From Harriotta raleighana (Eukaryota), in assembly GCA_050575255.1 (NCBI GenBank), contig JBNZDD010013687.1:2649227-2713226 (forward strand): a DNA stretch of 64,000 nucleotides, given 5' to 3'. Of the stretch, positions 1 to 12,480 are shown one piece after another (position 1 is the first letter of the stretch; the number at the start of each line of letters is the position of its first letter). Both the position numbers and the translations under genes were made by a program. The notes under the pieces were generated by a model, which saw only the letters and a program-made list of their open reading frames with translations, made no database searches and was not told where the DNA came from.

Positions 1-350
1 AATGTCATTTTGCTGCTGTTGTTGAATTTCTAAAGATGTATTTCCGTTTTAGGTAAATGCAGCGCTCAGGTTCTGCAGTAAGGGAAATGTTTGAGAACAT
101 ATTATGCTGTACTATAAGAAACTAAATTTTGGAAGTTCCAACATTCTTGGCAAAATCTATGAACAGGATTGCTAACTCTAATTTGAATGTATATATAAAG
201 ATGGAGAGCTACCAGGCAGATTTCTGTATGTAAATTGTTAAATATTTCTCCAGTGAGAGCAGGTATATCAGTCAGAGAATATTGTGGCTTATGTCTGATA
301 CAATGTCCCTGCTGTCAATGACAAAAAATATAATGACATAATGACATAAA

Positions 351-1152
351 CCAGCGCCTTCACACCTCAGGCACTGGCAGCATCAACCTCCATGGTTACA
401 CACTCCAGCTCACCAAGCCAGTCAGGAACCCAGGTGTCTTGTTCAATCCTCAACTGTCTTTCCAGCCCTACATGCAAGCCATTCTTCCTTGCCTCACCTT
501 TGCAATGTTGCCTAACTCCGCCTTTACCTCAGCCCTCAGGTAGCTGAAACCCTCATTCATGCCTTCATTACATCCATGCTTAACTATGCCAACATCCTGC
601 TTGTCGGCCTTCCCAATTCCTCCCTCCACAGGTCGCAGATAATCCAGAACTCTGCAGCCTATGTCCTACCGCTCCATCCCATCTCCCCCATTCTCACCCG
701 ACTCTATTGGCTCCCCATCACCCAGAGGATTTAATTCAAGATCCTGGTCCTCACATTCAAAGCCCTCCAAGGCCTCACCCCACCCTACCTCAGGGACCTC
801 CTAACCCCTTACCAACCTGCTCACTCCCTCCGCTCAGCAGGCTCCGACCTGCTCCATGTCCCCCGACCCACTGGCCCCAGCATCGGCGGGCAAGCCTTCA
901 GCCACTCTGCCACTAAACTCTGGAATTCCGTCCTGCAATCCCTCCACCTCACATTCTCCCTATCCTCCTTTAAGTCCCGCCTTGAGAACCTCATCTTCAA
1001 CGGTCCCATCGGTCATTTGAAATCCCCTCCTCTCCCTCCACCCTCCCCGATCCCTATACCACCTCTGGGCTGAAACATTGTCTCTCCATTGCCTTGGGAC
1101 ATTCCCCCCAACATGAAAGGAGCTATACAAATATAATTTTATTGTTGTTGTT
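351..1152 (+). mobile_element. 5'-truncated, decayed L2-clade LINE (ORF2 C-terminus, 3' UTR and tail)
   Basis: Broken translation contains AETLIHAFITS, LYWLPITQRI and FKILVLTFKALQGLTPPYLRDLL, typical of the L2 ORF2 C-terminus. Ends in GCCTTGGGAC...TGAAAGGAGCTATACAAAT plus (TTG)n. Aligns to the copy at 57729-58545. Confidence 0.9.
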
Positions 1153-1172
1153 AAACATAAGAAAATCTCCTT

Positions 1173-1229
1173 ATGTGTGTGTTTATATATATATATGTAT
1201 GTGTGTGTGTCTGTATCTATATATATATA
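1173..1229. repeat. Compound (TG)n/(TA)n microsatellite
   Basis: Directly visible alternating TG and TA runs. Confidence 0.85.
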
Positions 1230-1300
1230 CTCTGACCTTCCAAAGTCAATGAAGCAAAAATAGTTCATTCACCCATCTCTTAAATTCAAGTCTGGCTACT

Positions 1301-1350
1301 CAACAACAATAATTTGAATTTATGTAGCACTCTTCACGGTGAAAAGCATC
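1301..1350 (-). mobile_element. L2-type 3' tail fragment
   Basis: caacaacaataatttgaatttatgtagcactcttcac is the reverse complement of the L2 tail seen elsewhere in the window. Confidence 0.6.
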
Positions 1351-1352
1351 TT

Positions 1353-1915
1353 GGCGTACCCCATGGTATGACTGCCCATTGTCACCCACCCTATTCAATT
1401 TATATATCAATGACGTGTTGAATGGCATTGATGGGGATGGAATTGGTGTATTTGTTCCAGACCTTTCTGACAGGATTGTGGAATTTCTGTTCAGAATGGA
1501 TTTTATGCTACTGGTAGACTCACTTTGGGACCTTATGAGCTGCAGTGAACATCTTGGACACTCAGTGGGACATCATGATGGATTCCCCAAAGGGCAGAAT
1601 CATGATTCTGTATTGGCTCAAGAGAGGACATTGAGGGTATTGATTGGAAGATACAAGGAGCATCAATCCCAATTGTTGATTCTTATTGGTATCTTGGAGG
1701 TTTTGGTAGAAACCAACTTTTGCTTGGACACTGTCCCGAAGGGCTGCACAGAGATCGGGTGAAAGGCACTAAGGTCATGCGCGGCCTCTATTGGAACCTG
1801 AGCGGAGGGGCTTCCCCAGCTCATTCACAATTGATAGGATCAAGCAGTGAGGTGTATTTGTGGCAAACACTCGAAGCGGTGTCACGGAGGAAGGACTCTG
1901 GCCTACACTGAGCAA
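1353..1915 (+). mobile_element. Degenerate non-LTR retrotransposon reverse-transcriptase fragment, not the L2/CR1 families dominant here
   Basis: Frameshifted motifs GVPHG / CPLSPTLFNLYINDVL (the QG..LSP.LF motif), LFRMDFMLL at the FADD position, and WKIQGASIPIVDSYWYLG (1630-1698, the YLG motif). Confidence 0.8.
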
Positions 1916-1964
1916 CCTGGAGGTAACAATCTTTTTTAATCATGGGGATTGTTCACTAGGATCA

Positions 1965-2133
1965 ATAAAGTCCAATTGAACAGGCAGACATAAACTTAGT
2001 TCAATGCCTCATATGAAGTATGATACCTCTGTCAATCCAGCACTCCCCCATCAGTGTGAGCCTATTAGCAAAAAATCTCAGTCTTGAGATAATAATCTTC
2101 TGACAGAGGTGAGAGTGCTACCAGCTGAGACAA
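1965..2133 (-). mobile_element. Decayed Deu-domain SINE (SacSINE1/AmnSINE1-like), 5' part
   Basis: gaacaggcagac...ttcaatgcctcat...cagcactccc...tcttctgacagaggtgagagtgctacc resembles the reverse complement of the recalled DeuSINE head and Deu domain. Confidence 0.6.
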
Positions 2134-3515
2134 ACACTCCAGAAACTATGCTTAATCATCATATGTTACCCAGGGTGGCTATCATTCCTAAAGGAACCTG
2201 TTACTATAATAAATCTTTGTGCCAGGTCTTTCACACTTTGTCCCACTGTGTAAAATTACCTCCTCCTCTTTGCTTTATTACTGCAGAGAATATTGACCCC
2301 ACCCATGACTTTTTAAGCCTTAAAGACTCTTACCGCTTGAGATGTGTCTCCTTAAAAATACTTTAAGCAGCTTAAATGCAGATTTTAAAGTATTTGACAG
2401 GATTTTGAACTCCTTTCACATACCATGAGACTAACTTAGTACAGAAATTAGATCACTAAAATCTTGATATCTCTATCATCTCCTTATTTCCCCCTCGCTC
2501 TATTTATTTTCAGCCTTCAGATATGTCTGTTGCCTCTTTCTAGACAGAGCAGAAGGAGCCACCAAAAATCCAAATTCAGGCATATTAGTAAGGATAATCA
2601 AAGCTTACACCTCCCGGAATCCTTCCCTCCAGCCAAGATTTAATTGCTGTACCACAATGATTTTTTCTCTCTATAGAGGAGAAGTGGGGGAGAACTTTAA
2701 CAAAAAGACAACTTTTCAGCAAATTACAAGGAAATACAAATTCTGACGAAGCAATCAGCACAGCTACAATTGGTTTGAGATTAACTCCTGGAGAGGTCTG
2801 CATTGCTTTTCTTCATCCAATTTATGTGCCCAAAATTACAATTTGCTGCCGGGTTTATGCAATTCAAAACTAATGACTGAATTGAAATACTAAGCAAATA
2901 AAAAAAACTACAATTGTTTTAGGGTGTTAATCTATGATTTAGAGACAAAATTGGTAGTATTACAATGTATAATACACAACTTCACATCAACTATCGTATT
3001 GGAATGTTTTGAGAATGTTTAAAAGGATTTAATACCTTAAATCAGGTTTTAATGATCAAATAATAGGTACAAAGAAGAGATGCCAGTCATGTTTTACTAC
3101 TTAAACTATAAAATACACTACTGAAAAATAATATACAAATACATAAAGCATGAACCATCACAATTTTATTGCAAGGTGTCAGGGATCTAAGGTCTTTCAT
3201 GTGAACTGAGGCAGGATTTTAATAACTTTGCTTTCATTACATTTTTCAGAATTTAAATGATGGAAACAATGGTCACATATATGCATTGAAGACGATTATG
3301 ACAAATCCAGATGCAAATCCAGATAAATAAGATAAAATTTGCTAAAATAAATAAGATGGAGAGGTCTTCCATCAGCAATAGGTCAATCAGTCAGAGGTCC
3401 GATAGAGTCGTTACAATTGAAATTGAAGAATCCTCTCAATCCAAGGTGAGAAGGAAACTAATCTGTGGCAAATCTCAAGAGTCAGGACCCACTTGTATGA
3501 CTTACAATTAATCAT

Positions 3516-3591
3516 CTGTCCAGCGCCTTGGGACGTCCTCCTGACGTGAAACGCGCTCTATAAATGTAATTTTGTTGTTGTTGTTGTTGTT
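3516..3591 (+). mobile_element. Solo L2 3' tail with (TTG)n
   Basis: CAGCGCCTTGGGACGTCCTCCTGACGTGAAACGCGCTCTATAAATGTAATT(TTG)n. Confidence 0.85.
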
Positions 3592-5254
3592 AATATCAGT
3601 CAAATGGTTTATTAGCAATGATGTATAGTAAAATGGAATATTCCTCACTAGGCAAACTATTTGAGTTTTTAATAATACAATACAGTATTAGGCTTTTTTT
3701 TTAACCTTTTATCAAATCAAGAAGTATCTATCACAAGTTTCTTGCCACTTGTAGATTTGTGACTAACTTTATCTTTGTGAATGATGATAATAATGCTTGA
3801 ATCTTATTATATCATTGAGATATCTCAAAGCACTTACTGCAAAAGTGTTCTGATTCTGCATATCACTAATGTAGAGGTATGGTATTTTATGATAAAATAT
3901 AAATATTTTATTACTATGCTAATTTGTAATTAAAATTCAAATCAAAATTGACATAAAGAAAATGCTTGCTGCCTTTATTATTGGTTGTAATTATCCAAGT
4001 GCATGTGATAGCTAGAGTATGAAATGTCAATCTGTAATATGGTAAGATTATTCGCAAGATCCAAAAACATTCTGTAATTCTTCATGCACTTCCTCCTCCC
4101 AGTATTTTTACCTTGTAAACTAGAGCAGATTCCCAGCACAGGTGTGGACTTTCCTAAAGGATCTAGACACAACTAAAACAATTCAGGGTTGTTTAATTTA
4201 GAATTTGTTTTTTCAATGTAATTTTGTTGAAATTTGGATGTTTTAGTCTTTCGCGAAATTATTATGCTACTGTACATACTTGTAATTTATAATTTCAATT
4301 GTAAAATAGTGAAAAGGGACACTATAGATACTTCATATGATTTTCCAAGAAAATATTCCTGAGTCTTGACATTTCTTTATTTAGATGTTCATGGCACAAA
4401 GTTTTAAAAATATATTTTAAATAAGTAAAATTCTTGAAATACAATTATTTATTCACAAAAATAGAATGCACCTTCTGTAGGTAAAGATTAAAACATTTAA
4501 AGATGTTTTTACACTGTTTCCAATTACATTTTATATATAATTTACAAATCAATCAGAACACCTTTCTTTGGTCCCATGATTTTTGTAGCTCGTGCCTTAC
4601 ACAAGGGAAAATAGCAACTGGTATTGCTGAATGTTGTTTCTGGCCGTCACCTGTTTTTATAAATAAAAAATACACGCAAACAAACAATGTGGATCATTTG
4701 GTCTGTATCTGTAAGTGTTTTAAAAATTGAAAGTATGGAACAAGTATGCTAGGTTTTTCAGAGCCAATGCTGAAAAATAAATATGTTCCAATTTAAAAAA
4801 AATTAAAACCTGTTTCCAATGACATCTTTGTCGCATGAATTTAGAATTAAAAAATTGCAGTGAAAAATTGCTGAACCAAATGACCTCCAGTAAGAATGTA
4901 TGTGTAGTTTATCTTTTGTAAAATTACAACAAAAATATGCAAACGAAAAGAAATTGACCAAGTGGAATTAATTCACAAATATGAAATCGGATTCTGGATA
5001 GATTTTTATAGCTATATAATGTCATTCAGTTTCTGCAACAAGATCAAGCTACATATTGGATATTGTTATAGTTATTATCAAGCAAAATACATCAGTTGAG
5101 CAATTGAAAAATATGCATGTACTTACATTCTAATTCTACTAATGGTAGGAACAAACATTATATGGAATTATATTTTAAAAGGTCTAAATTAACTTTTTCC
5201 ATATCTGCTAAAGTTTACTTTTGGACCCAAATATGTGTTGTTTACAATTACTCT

Positions 5255-5372
5255 ACCTTTTAAATCCATGTTTACCTACAACTATACAGTCAATTTACTT
5301 TACAGTCTGTGAAACACTTTGAGACATCTAGAAGACATCAAATGTACTATATTAAATGCAAGGATTATTATT
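5255..5372 (+). mobile_element. SINE 3' end (same family as 55192-55528)
   Basis: tatacagtcaatttactttacagtctgtgaaacactttgagacatctagaagacatc...aaatgcaaggattattatt. Confidence 0.8.
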
Positions 5373-6819
5373 TTTATATAAATAGTCAACAAATAAAAGT
5401 ATTTTTTCTATCAAGAAAAAATGATTTCTATTTCTGTAACAACATTAATTATTAATTTACCCAGTTTGTTTTTCTTATTCCCTGTTATGCTTCCTGAATT
5501 CGTGATTATATTTCTTTGATTTGGGCATGCATAATAATTTTGTAAATGACCTGATGAGGAAGGTTATAGCAGCTTTTTGTTCACAATTCGCAGAGACAAA
5601 AATCATCATTAGATAAAAAGCAGATTCAGAGAGATGTTTGAAATTAACGAAAAATAATTGACTTGTTTAATAGAACAATTAGCATACTCTTGACTGTTCA
5701 AAAACTGTTTCAGGATTGCAATCAGCATTAGCTTGCAGCTGGATCTTCAAGGTTTAATAGGTGATTGAAACTTGTGAAGGGAAAGAAACAGATGATGAAA
5801 TTCACAGGAGATTTTGTCACGCTGTTTTCAATACCCAGTGCAACATATTAAGCCCTGTCATTGTTGTCAGAATTTCTATGATTCAAACAAACCTATACTA
5901 TAACTTCACCCTTTAATGAGCTACTGGAGAGTGGGTTTTCCATAGAGCACCTGAAACACATAACAACAAAACACCTTTTATGGGAGAGCTGTGAGGGTTT
6001 GCTGCTGGCAAAATTTGTACACAGTGGTCTGTAAACCTGTACTCAGCCAGCTGGGATGCAAGGCAACAGATTCAGCCTTTGCTATAAACTTCACAGACCA
6101 ATTATCTACTTGGAATCATGGGAGTTTAGCAAACAAACACAAGCCCCTGCTGAGCCATTTCAAACCAACAGCTTGAGGAGTGATTGAGCAACATCAGTGA
6201 CTTTCACTTTCAGACAGATCAATTCCTTATCAAAAAGCATACAATTATTTTGAACATCAGAAGTAGATTCAAATAGCCAAGTTAGCAATCTGCTTCAATC
6301 GTTTTCTAAAAAAGCAGAACCTTTTTGTTGACTTGCCGCTTTCAACATGTTTAATGCCTGTTAATTTATATTTACCCTTTAACTTTGCCTGCCAATTAAC
6401 AACACTTAATAGTTTTGTTGCAGGCTGCCCAGAGTAAATGCTTACTTTTGAGGCCAATTGAAGGAAAGAAAAATGGAAGGCACTAGTGATCAAACATATT
6501 GAAGCAAATTCACAACTTTAAGATGCAACATGAAATCAGTGCGATGCCTAGCCAAAGGAAGATGACCATTCAGTAAGTTTGCCTCAATGTTCAATTTAAA
6601 AATAGATAATGACTCAATAACTCAAAATGTATTTGTTATTGTTTCAATATTTTAAGAGAAAACGCTGCTACAGCCATCTCATATTAATGATGATCTTTAA
6701 AATTGTTGAATAACTTCAAATTAAAATAAAAGTACTTAATCTATATCCTTGGATTTGATAAATTTTCTGATATCGCTTCACACTAACTGGAGCATTTCAG
6801 TTAATGGTTAGTAATTAGA

Positions 6820-7035
6820 TTAGTGGTCCAGTGAATTAACCACTAATCTTTGACATCTAGGAACCTAGATGAAAGTCTTCTATGTCTGTTCATCATAACG
6901 TCATACTTGAAATGGATTTGGGCAGTGTGAAACTAGTTGTCAGTGGGCATGAGTTTAGTTTCACAAAAGTGCCCCTAATATGGCAATGAATTATCAGTCT
7001 CACTCAAAGAAACACAGGATGGCTGGTGTATAAAA
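6820..7035 (+). mobile_element. LF-SINE-like ancient SINE relic
   Basis: Ordered blocks ctttgacatctagg / gaaagtc / tgaaatggatttgggcagt / tagttgtcagtggg / tcacaaaa / tggcaatgaattatcagtctca are colinear with the LF-SINE consensus as I recall it. Confidence 0.55.
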
Positions 7036-7249
7036 AAGGATTCAATGAATAGAAGACCAAGGTTTGTCCAGTACACCTTCCATGTCACAAACTATATACA
7101 GTACTGTATCCTGGCATATTATTTTCCTTGAACTTCTCATCTGGCTGGCTGTATAGCCCAATATTAACACCTAATATTTCCTTGCTCATTAAAGGGTTGA
7201 GTTGCAGTATGAACATTTTAAGAGATATTGTTCATATTTGTAGACTTTC

Positions 7250-7312
7250 CAAGCACCTTGGGACGTCCTCCTGAAATGAAAGGCCCTATATGAAGGTAAA
7301 TTTTTATTGTAT
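7250..7312 (+). mobile_element. Solo L2 3' tail
   Basis: agcaccttgggacgtcctcctgaaatgaaaggccctatatgaaggtaaattt. Confidence 0.8.
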
Positions 7313-7959
7313 TATATTTCATACAATTATAACTGAAATAAGTGTTGATAGCATTAATCCATTTCCTAGTGCATTTGAGTCTGCAAAATAGAATAGAATT
7401 GCTAATAATTTTGCACTAAATTTAAAATATCACTGTGTGAGGTACCTTCCATCATTTTTATGCAGTCCGAGACACTACCCTGTTCAAAGGGCTTTATATA
7501 GATGAAAGTCTGTGTCCTAGTAGAAGTGTATTTGAATATTCACAAATATTATACCAAATTGCTGTTAAATCATAAAAACAACACTGGTTACTTAATTGCA
7601 ATGCAAGGGCAACAAAGTACTTAATATACAGCGTAATTCTACCAAACAAGTTAATACTAAAGAATATTTTTATTGGAATCACAATATTCGAAATAATTAA
7701 AAGATATAGAATTCGTGTATTAGGAAAAAAAAATGTTTCAACGAATCTCTAGTTTATTGTGAATTAAAGGCCGCTGTGAATTGTTGCAGCACTGTATTGC
7801 TCAATCAAATCAAAATAGAACTTGACTAGATGTGAGTTTTAAACTATACCAGATCAATCGCATAACCAGTAGACGGATATTATTAAACAGCATGGGGTAG
7901 TGCAAACTGGGAAGCAAAACTTGTGCTGTACCGCCTTTGAACAGGCCTTGCTTGCGTGC

Positions 7960-8040
7960 TATGACAGGCCAATTGTTGACATGCTTTTTCATGCCAATCT
8001 GCAGCTTTTTTTCAAAATGAGCTGCCATGGTAACCGGAGC
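7960..8040. promoter_or_regulatory. Putative cis-regulatory module: RFX X-box-like site, two CCAAT boxes and a TGACAG site
   Basis: GCTGCCATGGTAAC at 8021-8034, CCAAT at 7969 and 7994, TGACAG at 7962, in repeat-free and locally CpG-richer sequence. Confidence 0.4.
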
Positions 8041-8944
8041 TTAACAGACTAAGCGGCTAACAAGCTTCCCTGATGGAGTTGTCTATTTCTATGATTGTCT
8101 TCTCTCACCGATAAAATAGACTGCATCCCCTCGAGCACTTATGCAAGATGATCATTATGTGATGGTGAATTGGAAACCAGTTTGCTACAATTCTTGTGAC
8201 AGTTTTGAATTTCTAATTATTATATCATATACAGTACAATATCACTTAATACGTAGTTGCATAATTTAGTTTGCATTACTTATGTAATAATACAGCCCAT
8301 GCGGTGTAATGTTTAATCTTGAAAATTAGTGCTAATGTAATAGGTTAAATTGATCGACAGTTATTGTGTTAAAAGGCTTTAACATTTTCATAGTTTCGTT
8401 AACATATCAATGGAGTCTAATTTGTAGAAATCCCTTATGGGATTCCTTAATATGTGATGATGTGTTGCGCAAGTGGGGACTCCATTCAGAGACTGGTACA
8501 TCATACCAACCTGGGGAAACTCTGCTCTAATATGATTCACTTGTAGCATGGATTTCTTGTGGGTCCTTATGGAATTCCTTGAAGAAACCCTCAAACTAGG
8601 CTCGACTCTCTTTAAATGCCTTTATATCTTAAAAAGGTGATTGAATTGCTAATTATGTGATTCTGTTTGCTGCTGAAATATAACTAACAACTTTTGTTTA
8701 AACAAAAGACCTCCTGTCATCACAAAAAGTAAAACTTTAAATATTTAAATAACTGTTAATAGATCATTGCCAGGGCCTCCACCTTGAAATACTTGTAACT
8801 GAGCCACTTCAATTTTGTGTTCCGGATCACCCACAGTCCATTGGTCAAATGGAGGCAGATGATATAAGATCATTATTATGTATGTCACAGAAACAAACCC
8901 AACCCATCTACAGATGTTATACAAATTGGGTCTTTGATCACGTT

Positions 8945-9231
8945 TCCCCTTTGATGAGACATTAAACCGAGGTACCTTTGCTTGCTCAGATGGGTGTTAA
9001 ATATTCCATGGTACTATTTGAAATGAGAAGGAGTTTCTCCCGGTGTCCTGGCCGATAATCGTTCAAATACAATTTATCACTCATTCCATGGCTATTTATG
9101 GGACATTGTTGTGCACAAACTGCTGCCGCATTTCATCCACAGTCAATAAACTTTACAGTATATCCTGTGAAGCGTTTTGAGACGCCTCAATGATTTAATC
9201 AGGCACTGTATTGAATGCAAGGATTATTATT
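8945..9231 (+). mobile_element. Deu-domain SINE (long Deu domain with L2-type tail)
   Basis: gatgagacattaaaccgagg...ccatggtactatttgaa...ctcccggtgtcctggcc...gtgaagcgttttgagacg...aatgcaaggattattat. Confidence 0.85.
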
Positions 9232-11799
9232 AATTGTTTGCATTGAGCATACAATTGCACAAAGGTTTGTCTTACTGTAAACTTATACCTGCGTAGATAT
9301 TCTTCACTCCAATATTGTTGCATCCAAACATTTTTCATTGACAAACAGATTATAAGGCTACATGTTGTAGGTTTTTAAAAGTTTAAGAGTGGAAGTGATA
9401 GATGTTACCAAACTACTTGTTGTGGATCAAATGGCTGAAGTTCTGTTTGGGATCATATGTTACACCTTGAGATGATAAGTCTCAGGCAGATTGGAAGGAT
9501 TTTTTTTCTGTATATAGGTCGAACAGATTCTCAACAAAAGCACTTGCTTAAAAATATTTGGTTAAGTATCTCGTTGAGAGCAATATTGAAGGATGGTAGG
9601 TTAGAGATGGAGAATGAGACAAACAAATACTTCATGGAACACAATGTTACTTTTGTGTGCTTGCAGAGAACAAATTGTACTTTGTAATATACTGTCTATA
9701 TAAAATTTTAAGATGCTCAATATGGATATGTTTAGCACAGATTGACAATATGTATGGATAATGTGATTTCCAATTTTCAGCGTACATTGTGAGAGTACAA
9801 TAACATTTGCAACAGAACATTACTCACATAACTTGATGTAGTCAGATTTTTACCCAGAAACAATATGAATAGTCTAATGGGTGCAATTGTCCTATAACCA
9901 GTTTTTAATCATGCTTGGTCTTAAATAAGAGTAGTAATAACATCCCATTTCTGCCTGAGTATTAACATACGATTTAGCAATGATTGATTTTTGCTGCTGG
10001 CAGTTAGTTAAGCCATCCAATTGAATTTTAGGTGTAACCATGTAAAGGAGATATGTTGACAACATAAATTAATCTCTTAATAACTGAACAGATTAAATTT
10101 CACGAATGGTATTAGGAAAACTAGTGAACAAGATGTTGGTAGAACAACTCAAGAACTTCACATGATTCAACGTCATACATAGTAACTGTATGTTGTAGTG
10201 TTTTAGAAATATTGAACCAGAGGTGTCTGGCTCCCTCGATTGGTTGGTGGTAAAGGCCTTGGGGGTGGGGTGGGGGAGAGGGCAGGAGATTGGTAAAATA
10301 TTCACTGTGTTTATTTGTCTAAATCTTCACTGCACTACTAGCTTGGAATAGGAAGGTAGGTCAATGACCATTATTCAAAGGTAGAAGATTGACTATCTCC
10401 CCAGCATAACGATCGGGCCATAGTGTAGCCATTCTTTTTTTTACTCAAGATTGTTCTAAGATTAATTTATCTCAGGTAATGAGTGTACCAAAGGTATTCA
10501 CCCTCATCTAGTTTCTTGCTTTGTAAATAAATAATATAGGTGAGGTTCTTATGGTATTGGATTACTTTAAACACTCAGATCAGAAGTGGAAACGTTACCC
10601 TTGTGAAAGGCAAAAATGCAAGTTGTTGATGTTGAAACTCCGGTTGATTTTTTAAACATTAGTTGAGGATATAGGGGCAAAGAACAACACTTCTACTGCT
10701 GCTGTGGTTGAGTTTGCCCAATTCAGGAAGACGAGAGATTGAGTCTGGGTTTTTTTTCCAAATATGTATGGTTCAACTATTCACTCAATAAGTGACTGAG
10801 CCAAAATTGTAGCTCTTCATCCATACATTTTAGACTTACCAATTCACAGGATTGTTCTATTCTTGACAATTAATGGAATAGTGAGATACAATTAATTTTT
10901 AAGATTTTTTTATTTACACATAAACAGTTTTAATAAATAATTTACTTTCTATAATCATGTATCAGCATGTAGCTCAAATTGAAGAGAGAACATATTTGAA
11001 TAGTTTAAATGTTAGGCTTTTGAAATAATATTAGGCTGTACTATAACTATCTTATGACTATTAGGACAATAGCAATTCTGAAAGAACTGGAACACTGTCA
11101 ATGCAAGACGGGTACATGTCATGCTGTAGATTTTTAAAGTGCTCTGAAATCATTCATGGTTGAATATAATTTCTTCAGGGTTTAGCTATTGAAAGTCGAT
11201 TCCTTGTTCCATGGTTCTGAATAGAACTGGTATTTTGAACCTTTATTAGTAAAACGTAATGTTTTGTGGAATAAAGGTGGTTCGACAACAATCAGAGACA
11301 ATGCAAATCTTAACCTTTTCTTTGCAAGAAAAGTATAAACTGTATTGTGTGGCATAAGTAGTGTTTTTATACAGCAAACAAAACCTCAAAAGATGGGATT
11401 TGCTTTGGGAATTGTTGGAACAGGTGAACCAGAAACATATTCTTCATACAGAAATTTCAGAAGTTATATACAGATAATAGTGAATATCCTGTTAACATAA
11501 TGCAACAAGAAAGTGAGGTTGCATGATGCTGATAATAAGGTTTGTGAATGGTTATCTATCTGATGATTGCTATGAGTGAATGATGAAATATTTCATTGGT
11601 TGCATATAGCAAAGTAGATGATGTGGTAAATAAAAGTTAACTTAATTTACACTATATTTAAAGTTTTTCACTATCAAGTTAAGCTAAATAGCACATAATG
11701 TTTATGGCTGTGAACTTTGTAAAAACTAGATTCCAAGAAGAAAGTGGAATGAATATATGTCTACAAATTTTCTGGAATAAATTATAGACTTAGTTATCT

Positions 11800-11908
11800 G
11801 CTGGATCAGGTGAATGTTAAAGATCCCATGCCACTATTCAAAACTAGGAACTCCCTCTTTTGTCAGTGGCATAATTTATCATATTTGTCTCTCCATTGTG
11901 CTGTTTTT
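11800..11908 (+). mobile_element. Deu-domain SINE fragment
   Basis: tcaggtgaatgttaaagatcccatgccactattcaaa is the Deu core. Confidence 0.65.
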
Positions 11909-12014
11909 AGGCAAATATATACAAGCCACTTTGCAACATGAACCTGGGGAATTTGACTTTACTTTCAAGATTAAGATTTAAATAGTGATGATCTGATAAG
12001 TGGTGATGTTGATT

Positions 12015-12480
12015 ACAACAACAACTTGCATTTATATAACAGCCTTCACGTGTGGTGGGACCCTAGAGCACTTGACAGTGGTGGAGTCTGACACGGAGCC
12101 AGGGGAAGAGGGAAGGGGAAGATGACTATAAGTACAATCAAAATGGAAGGTCTTTTCAAAGTGGGAAGGAGGGGGCAAGGTGCAGGGATTGAAAGAAAGT
12201 TCCAAAGTTTCGGGGAGTAGTAATTGAAGGCATGGCCACTGACAGTGGAGCGGAAGGGATGAGGGACAACAGGAGCAGATGCCAGCCGACTGGAAGCAGA
12301 AGGTGTTGGAGTGGTGGGTAAGCAGATTGGATAGGTAGGGAGCTGAGAGGCCATGAACGGATTTGAAAACGAGAGAGAGGATCTTGTTCAATCCATTTGG
12401 TAATTGGGAGCCAGTGGAGTCTGGCAAGGACTGGTGTGAATCGGGGGTCCAGAGTGTCCAGGCAACAGAGTTTTGAATTA
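12015..12480 (-). mobile_element. Truncated L2 LINE 3' end
   Basis: The minus-strand ORF reads KILSLVFKSVHGLSAPYLSNLL and AFNYYSPKLWN. Tail is acaacaacaacttgcatttatata. Confidence 0.88.

Noticed and set aside
8433-8580. ccttatgg[g/a]attcctt repeated at 8433 and 8565, with a C-box-like GTGATGA at 8454
   Set aside because: No suitably placed CTGA D box or terminal stem for a snoRNA. The 16-bp imperfect repeat alone is too weak to interpret.
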